Positions 1 to 10,492 are shown, counted from the stretch's first letter. The stretch is 64,000 bases of DNA from an uncultured bacterium (GCA_963726455.1 CAVSCK010000004.1:1440001-1504000); one strand, 5' to 3'. Notes: generated by a model not told the origin, from the letters alone. A program made the numbers and translations.

Positions 1-2496
1 GCCGACCTGCGTCCCTAACTCCGATTCCACCGTGTACAAATAGATCCCGGATACCACCGCCTGCGTGTTCCGGCTGATCAGATCCCACGCCGTCATGCTC
101 TCGCCGGCATACAACACCGAGCCCACCGGCTGCGGATGTTCCAGTTCACGCACCAAATCCCCATCCAGCGTGTAGATCCGGATCGTCGCCTTCGACGGCA
201 GATTCGCAAAATAGATGCGACGCGCACGGTCAGGTGACAACGACGCGCCCACATCCTCGTAACCCGCTTCCGCGTAGCCGCCGTTGATCTTATATGGATT
301 CGGGAACACCGTCACCTTCAGGTTCTGCTGCGTCACCACGTCCGGCGAATTCACCGGATAAATCTGCACCGCATTCGCCAACGGCGAACTCTCCAGCGGC
401 GCCAAATTCGTGGCCGGATTTCCAAAATCGAACGTCGTCACGGCCATGTAGACGGGGCGTGATGCCAATAGACCGTCGATCGAATACTCATATTCGTAAT
501 AAGCCGGTACTTTCGCCTGCTCCATCTCGTCCCAGATAGAGTCAGTGGGCGTCGCGTCAGGGTAAATCCTGCGAATCTCGCCCGAACCGCCCAATGTCGA
601 ACGGTTGTAATCTTGAGCAGTGAAATAATAATAGTTAGTGTCAGTGCCTTCAATCCAAACCAGGGAGTCAGACCCGTTGGGGTACATCAGAGGATCGAAG
701 GTCTGTCCATACATCGCTTTGAGGGAGTCTAAGGTAAATGGCGTTTCGGTGACTTCCCAACGTGCCGGCGAATAACCCAGGTTCAATTGGTGCTGGCTGA
801 AATCGTAGTGATCAAACGAAGTCAGGAGAGCAAAATCCGCGAGCGTCAGCTTCTGGCCCATGTAGACACGATAACCCTCGAAGTCTATCTTCTTGGAGAA
901 ATTGTCCTGGGTATTTTCCGACGCGTGGCCGTTCCAGCGTATGGTGACCTTTCCGGGAGAAGAACTGTATTTCAGAACCGGTGGTGGTGGTGGTGGTGGA
1001 CCCTGAAAATCGGGCTTTCCGTCACCGCTCCAGATCGTGTCCGCTGGGTTGCAGATGTTCATGGTTGGATTGCCGCGGAAACCGTCGCCGTCCGTATCCA
1101 CACCGGGATTATCGTATACCCATGCCGCCCATTGCGCGTTCGTGGCAAAATCCGAAAAATCGAGTCTGTCGTAAAACGCCTGCGGATTGTTGGCGTCGAA
1201 GTATTTCTGGAAATCGTCCGGTTTGACATGGAACTTGTCGCCTCCGATCTGCGCGATCGTGATAGCCAACGTGTCCCCTGGCATGATATCGAACGGGCCG
1301 AAACACAGCAAGTAACGAGTGTCGTAGCCATCCGCCAGGTCAGAAGCGATATTGGCGTTGGGCGGCAGCCAACCGTCCGCGCTGTGATCCACCGCAGAAT
1401 AGATCTGATCATAATCGAACTCGCGAATCGACATTATATAGTACTTGTTTCTGTCGCCTTCGGGAGTGCCCAGTCCGCCGGTTCCGAAATTACGATTATT
1501 CTCGCGGCGGCGTGGTCCCCAATCCAGACTGGCATCGCCGTTTGACACCCACCAATTATAGGAGTAATTAAGGTCGGGGTTGGGAGATCTCACTACACGT
1601 GAACCGGATACACCAACCGGCGAATACCTGTCGAAGACGCCCTCGGCGTTCGGATCGCCGTCGTTGTCGGCAATCCATGCCAGGTTGACCTCATCCTGCA
1701 TCTCTTTGCAGCCGGGATCTGGCACCGTCGCCTTGAAGCCGGTAATGTCGTCAGCAAATCCGTTGGGAGTGATGGCATGCCAAACGTCACCATCTATATA
1801 AAGTCCCATGTAGGCCTTTCTGATCTCCTTCGAAGTTATGTTAACGACCTTATAATCGATGAGGATGAAGTCCTCGGCGTAGCTGTAGGACCAGGAATAG
1901 CTGTTCTGAATGAGCTTAATCCCGATCGGTATGTGGCTGCGATTATCCATCTGGTCGCGACCCGTATAATTGTCGTCAACCAGCGTATCCGTGTACTCAG
2001 CAATGAAGTCCTGCTCGCTGATCGCGTCCTTGGAATAGTAATCGGAAGTGCTTCGATTCGACCTCTGAACAATACCGCCGTTCGGAGGCGCCTCGGGATA
2101 CATTTCGTTTACCCATTGCCAACCGTCGGCGCCCACAGAAACCAGCGTATCCTCACCCACAATGGCGCCAAACCACAAAGCTCCCTGGAACAGATAGTTG
2201 ACTCCGGAACCTGAGGGAAACTCGAATGACGGCGCCAAGGATCTGGGAACCACTCCCGGTCCGAGGCAGTAGAGCTCCGTCAACTGGTTCTGATTGAATT
2301 CGCTGCCGAAGAACCCCCAGTTGGTGATCGTCATCCAGGCATTGCCCATTCGGTGTGAGCAATTCTGAGAATTTGGCGCAGCCGCTATCTTTGCGGCTGA
2401 CCGGTTCTGGTTGACGCCCGAAGTCTCCTTGTTCATAGCTACCGCTGCCGATGCCAGAAGCATCAGAAACAGCAACACCGCGACCGACTTCTTCAT
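1..2496 (-). CDS. Large secreted protein with FN3-like region and C-terminal FlgD-Ig/T9SS-like sorting tail (3' end runs off the window; absent from ORF track)
   Basis: Manual translation from ATG 2496: MKKSVAVLLFLMLLASAAVA (signal peptide)...ITNWGFFG...SFEFPSGSGVNYLFQGALWFGAIV...GPPPPPPPV...DFEGYRVY...VFPNPY...IYFANLP...IYTLDGDLVREL...WDLISRNTQAVVSGIYLYTVES; open to base 1. Confidence 0.85.
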   Translation of the reverse strand, partial: MKKSVAVLLFLMLLASAAVAMNKETSGVNQNRSAAKIAAAPNSQNCSHRMGNAWMTITNWGFFGSEFNQNQLTELYCLGPGVVPRSLAPSFEFPSGSGVNYLFQGALWFGAIVGEDTLVSVGADGWQWVNEMYPEAPPNGGIVQRSNRSTSDYYSKDAISEQDFIAEYTDTLVDDNYTGRDQMDNRSHIPIGIKLIQNSYSWSYSYAEDFILIDYKVVNITSKEIRKAYMGLYIDGDVWHAITPNGFADDITGFKATVPDPGCKEMQDEVNLAWIADNDGDPNAEGVFDRYSPVGVSGSRVVRSPNPDLNYSYNWWVSNGDASLDWGPRRRENNRNFGTGGLGTPEGDRNKYYIMSIREFDYDQIYSAVDHSADGWLPPNANIASDLADGYDTRYLLCFGPFDIMPGDTLAITIAQIGGDKFHVKPDDFQKYFDANNPQAFYDRLDFSDFATNAQWAAWVYDNPGVDTDGDGFRGNPTMNICNPADTIWSGDGKPDFQGPPPPPPPVLKYSSSPGKVTIRWNGHASENTQDNFSKKIDFEGYRVYMGQKLTLADFALLTSFDHYDFSQHQLNLGYSPARWEVTETPFTLDSLKAMYGQTFDPLMYPNGSDSLVWIEGTDTNYYYFTAQDYNRSTLGGSGEIRRIYPDATPTDSIWDEMEQAKVPAYYEYEYSIDGLLASRPVYMAVTTFDFGNPATNLAPLESSPLANAVQIYPVNSPDVVTQQNLKVTVFPNPYKINGGYAEAGYEDVGASLSPDRARRIYFANLPSKATIRIYTLDGDLVRELEHPQPVGSVLYAGESMTAWDLISRNTQAVVSGIYLYTVESELGTQVG

Positions 2497-2534
2497 ATCC
2501 CGAGTAATATTCACTTTATGGCCCTTCTTCCGGC

Positions 2535-5500
2535 TTAGAACTCGACCGTAACCCCGACGCGGATATTGCGACCCGAGCCAAGATTAAGTGGACTATTGGC
2601 AGCATCGCTTCCCGCGAAAACGTAGTTTGAGCCGCCCGCGCCGCTGCTCGTATTGTAGCGGCCCGTAGTGCCGAAGATGTTTTCGATATTCTTCTTATTG
2701 AAGAGATTATTTATCCACAACTCAGCCGTGTAGTCGAGGCCGAGGAATGGGAATCTCTTGTACATCCTGATATCGACATTCGAAGTTGACGGGTATCTCA
2801 TCGAGTTCGTCTGCGGTGTCTCACCCGTCAAGAGTCTCAGCCCGGGGAAGCTCTTGTCCGGAGTGAACGGGAATCCCGAACCGAATTGCCAGATAACGTT
2901 AGTACCCCAATTATCCGGCAGCTTGAGGCCGAACAATTTCGGATGATCGTTCCGCGGCACGCGCAGGTCCAGGTTAAGGGTCAACTGATGGCGAATATCC
3001 CAGGTCAACGGGAATTCCTGAATCGGAATTGACCTGGAATAATATTCGTCGAAGTAGTTCGAGCTCTCGCTCGAACTCTTGCCGTACGCAAACGCGTATT
3101 GATAGCTGGCATATCCGGAAACATAGTTGCCGTATTTCTTATCCAACTGGAATTCCAGACCTCTGGCGCGGGCGTAGTCGGAATTCTGGTAAATGCTGAT
3201 CGCATTGGGTCCACTGCCTTGACGAACAGAGTTGATCTTGCCGAAGATATCCTTGTAGAAGCCAGACATGTCCAGAACGTAGTCCTTCGACAGCGAGTAG
3301 GTCAATCCGAACGCGTAGGAAATCGTGCGGTAGAAATCGAGATTCTCGTTGCCGATAATTCCGAAGGCGTTTGATGCCTGCGTCGCACGCAAATACATGT
3401 AGTTCAGTTCCGGCAACTGATTGAAATGGCCGTAATTGAAGTAGACCTTCGCTTTGTCGGATATCGGATAGCTGAACCCGATACGGGGGCTGAAACGATT
3501 TTGCGAACCCAGGATCGTCTTGGCCGATGACTGATCCGCACTGAGCTTCTTCTTGAGGTCAGCCGACTGAATGAAGAAGTCGAATCGCAAACCGAGGTTA
3601 GCGATCATGCCGCCGTATTCCATCTTGTCCTGCAAGAAGAAAGCTCCCTGGGTTGGACGACGGGTGTAGAAATCACGGAAGACACCGATGTTCGACCAGG
3701 GTCCACCGTCGGGAACGCCGTCATACGGGTAATAAGGATATTCCAAGCTGGCCATGCGCAAGGTGTGCAAGTCAAGCACCAGACCGGACTTGACTTCATG
3801 CTCTTTGCTGAACTGCTTGGTTATCTTGAAGTCGCCCGTGTAACGCATGGACGAACGATCCTCGTACAACGCCCACTGGTCGTAGCCGCGGTCAAGGAAT
3901 CCGTCTCTTGGATCCCATTTGCCATTGCCGTTAAGATCGGTAAACGGCTCGCCTATATCATATACTCCGTTGGGCGGATCATACAGGCCGTTGCCATTCA
4001 GATCCAGGAACGGCATGCCCGGTGACCAAGTATCGCCCGGTCCGTCATACTTGGAATTGTGGTTCAAGTCCATGTTGATCTTCGGATCCGGTGACGCAAT
4101 GAAGATGTCAATGCCCGGATCGTACACGCCGTTCATGTTGACGTCGATGAACGGCTCCCCTAAATTTTTGTCCCCGTCTCTGAAGGGTTCCGGCTGGTCT
4201 ACATTAATAACGGTAGCCCGCTCGGGGTCATACTTTCCATTATTGTTGGTATCGAAAAGCAGATAATCGCCAACATTCCAGTGCCCATCTCCGTTGCGGT
4301 CGACAAATGGCTCCGACTCGTAGAAGTCGACCATGCCGTTGCCGTTCCAATCGGTCAGGATGGTGTCAACCAGCGCTGAGGAATTACGCTGTCCGCGGAA
4401 CTGAGCGTCCACTCCCCGATACTCAGGGTCCAACAATGAATTAACGTTCGGCCAAAGGCTGTTAGCTCCAGAATTGGAGAGAAACACGTCGCCGAAAGTA
4501 TAGAACGGCGTACCCGCGAGATACCACGGATACCAATTCGTATCGCCGGCGACATTAATGAACGACTCCGAAGGATCAAACCTGTTGTTGCCGTTGCGAT
4601 CGTAGTAAACTTCCCACTGATTGTACTGCAAGAATTTGTCGGGAGTCAATCCCTGTCCCGGATTATTGGGATCACCCTGCGCCTGCCTGTAATCGACGTT
4701 AAACCGCGAAAGCGTCAGTTCATAGAACGTTGACTTGTCGATCTGATGGGTCAAGTTAAGTGAGTAGGTAGCTGATTGTTCGTGAACAACCGGCGCCGTT
4801 TGCGGCGTGTAACGGAAATTCCAGGCAAAGTTCGTCTGATCCGTCCAGGAACCACGATAAGTGGCTGTCAGTTTGATCTTTGGTGTTGCCTGCCACCTCA
4901 GCTTCAACTGGCCCTCGTAATTGTTCTGCATCCGGTCTTCAAGATTGAACAATCCCAAAATCGAACGACTGCGGAAGTTACGATTTGTTGTCTGGGTGAA
5001 ATATTGCTTGTAGTTGGCATAACCGTCCGTCTTGTCGGCGGCTCCGGACAACGCGTAATACAGCTTGTCCTGGAACCAATTGATGCCCAGCTTCGGCAGA
5101 AGCTTGTCGGCAAAGAGTGGTTCGCGACCGGACAGGTTGAATTCCAACCGGTCATAGTTGAATGAATTCTTGTTCAAAATCGGAGTGCCCAGATCATCCG
5201 TGTGATATTGCAGCGAGCCAGTTGTGACATCGGAGCCGGCCTTGGTAGCGATCGTCACAATACCGGAGTTGGCGTTACCGTACTCGGCGTCGTAACCGCC
5301 CTTGATGATCTGCATATCTTCGATTACGCTACCGGAGATATTCATGGCCTGATCGGCTGCGCCACGACCACCCAACGGGTCCTTGATCGATACACCGTCG
5401 ACCATGTAGGTGATTTCATTGCTGCGGCCGCCGCGCACGTGAATCTGGCCGGCACGTTCGACCACACCGACCTGAATTTGCAGAAGTTCCTGCACGGTAG

Positions 5501-5948
5501 TGACCGGCATATTCTTGATGGTCTCGGCGGTCAACTGTCTCATGTTCTGAGTTTCACTCAGTTTGAGCAGATCGCGCTCGGCGGTCACCACTACCGCTTT
5601 GTCCAGTTGGATGGTGCTTTCGTCCAGCACGAAGTCGATGATTGTGGTATGGTCGACCGTGACTTCCACCTGCTCGACTTTCATCGGCGTATAACCGACC
5701 GGTCTCGATATCAGCGAGTAACTCTTGGGGGGAACGTTGATGATAATGTACTCACCGTCGGGGCCCGACAGTGCGCCCATCGTGGTGCCCTCGATCTGGA
5801 TTGGCGCGCTGGGAATCGCTTCCTTTGTCTTCTTGTTTGTGATCTTGCCCCTGATCTTGCCGGTGGTACCGGCAAAAACACTAGAGGCGGCAAACAGCGC
5901 CAATACCGCAATGATCAATACCTTTATCATTACCTTGTCCGTCCTCAT
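2535..5948 (-). CDS. TonB-dependent receptor (CarboxypepD_reg-like N-domain, plug, barrel) with inserted DxNxNG repeats
   Basis: GTTGKIRGKI N-domain; plug HVRGGRSNE..YMVDG and KGGYDAEYGNA.SG; C-terminal RVGVTVEF; RBS GGAGG before ATG 5948. Confidence 0.92.
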   Translation of the reverse strand: MRTDKVMIKVLIIAVLALFAASSVFAGTTGKIRGKITNKKTKEAIPSAPIQIEGTTMGALSGPDGEYIIINVPPKSYSLISRPVGYTPMKVEQVEVTVDHTTIIDFVLDESTIQLDKAVVVTAERDLLKLSETQNMRQLTAETIKNMPVTTVQELLQIQVGVVERAGQIHVRGGRSNEITYMVDGVSIKDPLGGRGAADQAMNISGSVIEDMQIIKGGYDAEYGNANSGIVTIATKAGSDVTTGSLQYHTDDLGTPILNKNSFNYDRLEFNLSGREPLFADKLLPKLGINWFQDKLYYALSGAADKTDGYANYKQYFTQTTNRNFRSRSILGLFNLEDRMQNNYEGQLKLRWQATPKIKLTATYRGSWTDQTNFAWNFRYTPQTAPVVHEQSATYSLNLTHQIDKSTFYELTLSRFNVDYRQAQGDPNNPGQGLTPDKFLQYNQWEVYYDRNGNNRFDPSESFINVAGDTNWYPWYLAGTPFYTFGDVFLSNSGANSLWPNVNSLLDPEYRGVDAQFRGQRNSSALVDTILTDWNGNGMVDFYESEPFVDRNGDGHWNVGDYLLFDTNNNGKYDPERATVINVDQPEPFRDGDKNLGEPFIDVNMNGVYDPGIDIFIASPDPKINMDLNHNSKYDGPGDTWSPGMPFLDLNGNGLYDPPNGVYDIGEPFTDLNGNGKWDPRDGFLDRGYDQWALYEDRSSMRYTGDFKITKQFSKEHEVKSGLVLDLHTLRMASLEYPYYPYDGVPDGGPWSNIGVFRDFYTRRPTQGAFFLQDKMEYGGMIANLGLRFDFFIQSADLKKKLSADQSSAKTILGSQNRFSPRIGFSYPISDKAKVYFNYGHFNQLPELNYMYLRATQASNAFGIIGNENLDFYRTISYAFGLTYSLSKDYVLDMSGFYKDIFGKINSVRQGSGPNAISIYQNSDYARARGLEFQLDKKYGNYVSGYASYQYAFAYGKSSSESSNYFDEYYSRSIPIQEFPLTWDIRHQLTLNLDLRVPRNDHPKLFGLKLPDNWGTNVIWQFGSGFPFTPDKSFPGLRLLTGETPQTNSMRYPSTSNVDIRMYKRFPFLGLDYTAELWINNLFNKKNIENIFGTTGRYNTSSGAGGSNYVFAGSDAANSPLNLGSGRNIRVGVTVEF

Positions 5949-6359
5949 GGACAAACCTCCTTCTCGAACCGAGATCGAGCGTGTATGTATTCTCATATTT
6001 TTCTCCAGGCCAGTTGACCCTGCAACTTCCTACAGCAACATTCGTATTAGTTATGTTGATCGTTGTGAGGCATTAGCAGTGATCTCTATCCGTACTCCCT
6101 CACGCCGGCTCCAAGTTTGACAAACAAACTCGCATGCCCAAGCATGACAAAAAGTTAATTAGCACTTGAGCAGCGTCTGTGTCAAGGGAAAATTTGCCGC
6201 CTAATCTTCGCTCCTCAACTCCATAACTATAGACAGCTAAGCCCAACTTTTGTTTAATCTTAAAGGCCTGATTTTGCGATCAACATTGGCTCAAAGGGGA
6301 ATCGGAGTCGGAATCGACCATGTTCGTTGATGGGGCAAAAAGCAGCAGTTCGCCACCGG

Positions 6360-7178
6360 CTAGCGGCAACTTTTCTTCGTCGGTGGCGGAATTACTTTGA
6401 TCTCGAACTGCCTCTCTAGCGAAATCAGAAACTTCTCCTCTATCTCTCTGATATCCATCACTCTTCCCAGCTCCTTGTCAACCGAAGTAATCTGGTCAGC
6501 ATCGACTTGATAACCGCTTGGCCATACCTTAGTTAGGTCGTCCAGATTCCAGATGTCTCGGATGCGCAGCGATCCGTGCTGGAGAAAATACCCGCCCGAT
6601 CGGAATTGTGCGCTTCCACAAATCTTCTTACCCCGGACTGCGACCTCAAAGGGACTGAGCATCGCAAAGCATGGGTTCAGACTGTGTCGCGTCTCCGTTG
6701 CCTCCGACGGCACGTCGGTCTGGCTGATTCCCAGTAGTTGAAGAGTCCCCGCCAACGCCGCTCCAATAGCTCGATAGGTCGAGGTCAGCGAACGAAAGGC
6801 CGGATGATGACTCTTGTGTGCCACGATAGCGTAACAGAGGTCTCCTTTGTGCAACAGTGCCCGCCCACCGGTCGGCCGGGTAACTACGTTGTAGCCAAGT
6901 CGGCTAATCTGCTGGAGATCTACCACTTCCGGTCCAACTTGATTCGTCCCCAGACTGATAGTGGGTTTGTCCCAAAGGTATAGTCTGACGATTGGTCTGT
7001 CTTGATCGCCTGCCCGCATCTCGTCGAGCAGCTTTCGGTCAAGCACCATGTTGGCTTCGCCGGAGTCGATACCGACTCCCAGGTACTGCCACGATGTCGG
7101 AGAGACGGCCAAATGCTCTGTCACAACCCCAATGTACGGTTCTAGCCGCCGGAAAGCAATCGAACCTCCAGGAGACAA
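6360..7178 (-). CDS. Lipoate-protein ligase A / octanoyltransferase (LplA/LipM-like) family protein
   Basis: NMVLD, RLYLWDKPTISLG, RPTGGRALLH, KKICGSAQ, LQHGS motifs; start uncertain. Confidence 0.85.
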   Translation of the reverse strand: MSPGGSIAFRRLEPYIGVVTEHLAVSPTSWQYLGVGIDSGEANMVLDRKLLDEMRAGDQDRPIVRLYLWDKPTISLGTNQVGPEVVDLQQISRLGYNVVTRPTGGRALLHKGDLCYAIVAHKSHHPAFRSLTSTYRAIGAALAGTLQLLGISQTDVPSEATETRHSLNPCFAMLSPFEVAVRGKKICGSAQFRSGGYFLQHGSLRIRDIWNLDDLTKVWPSGYQVDADQITSVDKELGRVMDIREIEEKFLISLERQFEIKVIPPPTKKSCR

Positions 7179-7219
7179 AAGCTCAAATGAGATTGGAGCG
7201 ATCTTATATGCGGAGGATA

Positions 7220-10141
7220 CTAATCGTGGCTTATGTGGTACTGCTTCATCTTCAGCCGCAACGTCGACTCAGGTATCGCTAACGACTCGGCAGCATATTT
7301 CTTGACCCAGTTGGTCTTCCGGAGTGCACCGAGGATGTAGTCGCGTTCGAGTCTGGCCAGATGATCATAGAGCGAGAATTTGCCCCGTTTGGCAACCGCC
7401 GGTCGCCCGCTGCCATTATCAGCACTTTCACTGATGCGCCGCGAGATTTGGAACCCGGTAATGATCTTGCGCTCGCCTGAGAGCAAAACCATCTTTTTGA
7501 TCTCGTTTTCCAACTCCCGAATGTTACCCGGCCAGTCGTAGTCTGCCAAAAGGTTAAACGCCTCGGGCTCGATTTTCACCTGTGGATCCGTCTTGTCGAT
7601 GAAATGCTTGATCAGAAGCGGGATGTCTTCGCGCCGTTCACGCAACGGAGGCAGTCGAAACGCGAAAGTCGACAACCGGTAGTAAAGGTCCTGCCGGAAT
7701 TGTCCCTGCTCCATACAGGTCTTGAGATCGCGATTCGTGGCCGAAATCACTCGAACATCAACCTTGCGAGGCACCGTATCACCCAACCGAACCACTTCCT
7801 TCTCCTCGATCACTCGCAACAGCTTCACCTGTACCGACAACGGCATGTCGCCGATTTCGTCAAGGAAGAACGTGCCGCCGTCGGCTTCTTCAAACAGCCC
7901 GGTTTTCTCCCCGTCCGCGCCCGTAAATGCGCCGCGCCGGTAGCCGAACAATTCTGATTCCAGAAGCGTTTCCGGTAACGCCGCACAGTTGACCGAGATG
8001 AAGCGCTTATCTTTCCGATTCGAATTGTAGTGAATTGCCTTGGCGAGATAATCTTTCCCGGTACCGGTTTCACCTTCGATCAGGATCGATATCGACGAGT
8101 CCTTGACCTGAGACACTCGTTCGAGGATGTCGAGCGTTCCCGGATTAGCGGTGACCAAATTTGGGAAGGCATGCTGCCGCTGCAGTTGATTCTTGAGACG
8201 CTGATTGTCAAGAGTCAGGCGTTTCTTCTGCTCCTCGGATGATTTGAACGCAATAATATCCGAGAATGCGATCGCGAAATCGAGGTCGGCTTTCGAGAAG
8301 GCCCTGGCCTCCGCGCCGATGCGATCCACATATAGAATGCCGATCGTCTCCTCGGACAATCTGATCGGGATCGCGACGAAACTCCGAATCTGTCCGGCGG
8401 TCGCAAACAAGTATTCAAACATGCGGCTGCGTTCACCCGTGAGGGAACTGACCAGCAATGGCCGATCCAAAGGCAATGTTCCAGCTTTGCCGTTGGCCAA
8501 CGTGCGCGAAATCTTGCCGATGACAGTCGGATCGAATGCCAGGTAAGCCAGCGGTTCATAAGTCTTCTGCTGCGGATCGAGAGACAACACAAAAGCGCGG
8601 TCGCCAGCGATCTTCCGTCGCAGTACTTCCAGCGACTCCTTCAGAGTACCGCTCTTGAGATGTCCGTATTCGGATGCCGACAAAAACGAGCTGAACACAA
8701 AGAACTGATTGTCGTGGGAAAGTCCCTTGTCAACCATCTGGTCTTCGATACTGAGGCGCAGAATTCGGCACTCTTCCATTGAACGGTCATCATTGAGCGC
8801 GGTCGCCAGTTCTTCGCATTTTTCGACGTACTGCAGCGCTTCGTCATAATTTGTCATTTCAACATTGAGCGCGCTTAGCTGGTAAAAGGTCTGTATGAGC
8901 AGATGCCTCGATCCGAGCCGCTGCGCCAGTTGTATCGCATTGTTCAGATAGCGCGTGGCCAAATCACGATAGGCCGCAACCTTCACCAGCGACTTGCCGG
9001 CGAGATAACACGCATCGGCCTGCTCTCCGATTTCACCGGCTGTTTCCAGACAGTCAAGAGCTTCGGCGAACATGGTCACAGCTTCAGCGCTATTTCCCTT
9101 GATCGCCGCCAGCGATCCCAGTATCGACTTTGCCGCAGCCGACTCGACCGTCTCGCCCAACGCATCCGCAACCTCCAGCGCACGCTCCGCATGTTCGGAG
9201 GCCAGCGCATAGTTGCCGCAGTCGTATTCCAGTGCCGCCAGCCGTCTGCGAGTCTGGCTGATGATGGCACTCTGGGGAGCGATGCGATAACCGATCTCAA
9301 GAGCGTAGCCGTAATGCTGCCGCGCCATCTTGTGATCGCCCAGCGCCCGGAGCAAATCCCCCATATACTCATGGTAGATGGACCGATCGCGAACGAGATC
9401 CTGAGCTTTGATCAACACCAGTGCCTGTTCATACAGGTCCCTGGCCGCGACATATTCTTCCTTGAGATAGTGGACGTACCCGAGTGACAGAAGATTTTTC
9501 GCTTCCGACGAAGCGTTATCGGCGCGCCGACAATAAGCCACGCACTCTTCCAGCATTCTTTGCGCGGTATCCCACTCGCCAAGCAAGGTCTTGACGCGTG
9601 CTTGATTACCGCGCGCCCGGAACAAATGATATTCCGGCGCCGTATCGTCTTTGGCCAGATATTCTATCGACTGGGTTAGAAACTTGTCGGCCTGACGATA
9701 ATCGCCGCGAACGAAATAGACCTGCGCGAGTTTGTTGTAACAGCCAACCAACTCGGCCTCACAATTGATGCGGCGGAATGAACTGATGGCGTCCCGAATG
9801 TAATCCTCTCCAGCGCCTAACTCACCCAGCGCGACATGAATCTTGCCGACTAATGACTGAATCCGGCCGATCAACAGATTCTCAGCCGTGGTGCCGACGA
9901 TGGCATACGCCTTATTCGCGAGATCGAGGACGTCTTGGTGGGGTTTGGAATTGAACTCAACGACGGCCAGGAGATAATAGTATTCTCCTGCTGCTAGCGA
10001 ACTCGAGTCTTGCTCAACTGTCTGAGCGAGCTTCTCTAGTTCTGCTTTGGCTTCGACAAACTTGTTTTCTGCTACGAGATGTTCAATAAAACTAAGTTTG
10101 TCCGCCGTTTCCGAAAGTGCACTACCGATTGATGTACTCAT
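7220..10141 (-). CDS. Sigma-54-dependent transcriptional activator: TPR repeats + GAF + AAA+ + Fis HTH
   Basis: GETGTGKD Walker A, ESELFG..RGAFTGA, FLDEIG, FRQDLYYRL, WPGNIRELEN, C-terminal HTH; N-terminal ~460 aa helical TPR-like repeats. Confidence 0.93.
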   Translation of the reverse strand: MSTSIGSALSETADKLSFIEHLVAENKFVEAKAELEKLAQTVEQDSSSLAAGEYYYLLAVVEFNSKPHQDVLDLANKAYAIVGTTAENLLIGRIQSLVGKIHVALGELGAGEDYIRDAISSFRRINCEAELVGCYNKLAQVYFVRGDYRQADKFLTQSIEYLAKDDTAPEYHLFRARGNQARVKTLLGEWDTAQRMLEECVAYCRRADNASSEAKNLLSLGYVHYLKEEYVAARDLYEQALVLIKAQDLVRDRSIYHEYMGDLLRALGDHKMARQHYGYALEIGYRIAPQSAIISQTRRRLAALEYDCGNYALASEHAERALEVADALGETVESAAAKSILGSLAAIKGNSAEAVTMFAEALDCLETAGEIGEQADACYLAGKSLVKVAAYRDLATRYLNNAIQLAQRLGSRHLLIQTFYQLSALNVEMTNYDEALQYVEKCEELATALNDDRSMEECRILRLSIEDQMVDKGLSHDNQFFVFSSFLSASEYGHLKSGTLKESLEVLRRKIAGDRAFVLSLDPQQKTYEPLAYLAFDPTVIGKISRTLANGKAGTLPLDRPLLVSSLTGERSRMFEYLFATAGQIRSFVAIPIRLSEETIGILYVDRIGAEARAFSKADLDFAIAFSDIIAFKSSEEQKKRLTLDNQRLKNQLQRQHAFPNLVTANPGTLDILERVSQVKDSSISILIEGETGTGKDYLAKAIHYNSNRKDKRFISVNCAALPETLLESELFGYRRGAFTGADGEKTGLFEEADGGTFFLDEIGDMPLSVQVKLLRVIEEKEVVRLGDTVPRKVDVRVISATNRDLKTCMEQGQFRQDLYYRLSTFAFRLPPLRERREDIPLLIKHFIDKTDPQVKIEPEAFNLLADYDWPGNIRELENEIKKMVLLSGERKIITGFQISRRISESADNGSGRPAVAKRGKFSLYDHLARLERDYILGALRKTNWVKKYAAESLAIPESTLRLKMKQYHISHD

Positions 10142-10153
10142 CAGGAATTACTG

Positions 10154-10492
10154 TTACTTTGGTTTCCTGTTAACAACCGTCTTTGTCGGTTGTTGTGAGT
10201 TGCTATTGTCTACAATTCTTTCCCTGGGTTCTTCTTTTGCCCTGTTCGTGAAAAGTTCACGAACTTCTCTGAGCCACTGGCGCGTCCATGTGAAGAACTT
10301 CTGAATAATCGGTTCATCAACATAGGGCCGGGGCGGTTCCACACTGTTGCCGTTGTTCACTTCTCCCGTGACATGAGACGAATCTAACGATCGGTCATCC
10401 CACGGATGATCCACGGCTTTGACTGTGGTGGGTAAAAGAATGGCTAGGGAGACTGTGCAGACAACCAGCGTTAGCACTTTGAGCAGGCTCAT
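10154..10492 (-). CDS. Small secreted hypothetical protein (signal peptide, mature N-terminus VDHPWDD)
   Basis: RBS GGAGG upstream; hydrophobic leader ending VKA; stop 12 bp before the activator start. Confidence 0.75.
   Translation of the reverse strand: MSLLKVLTLVVCTVSLAILLPTTVKAVDHPWDDRSLDSSHVTGEVNNGNSVEPPRPYVDEPIIQKFFTWTRQWLREVRELFTNRAKEEPRERIVDNSNSQQPTKTVVNRKPK

Noticed and set aside
980-999. (GGT)n microsatellite, possible phase-variation tract
   Set aside because: It is an in-frame triplet repeat encoding a poly-Pro linker (GPPPPPPPV) in the minus-strand CDS.
294-2362. Several short ORFs in the track (e.g. 787..1545 +)
   Set aside because: They are antisense or off-frame shadows of the long minus-strand CDS 1..2496. 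The same applies to most small overlapping ORFs throughout the window.
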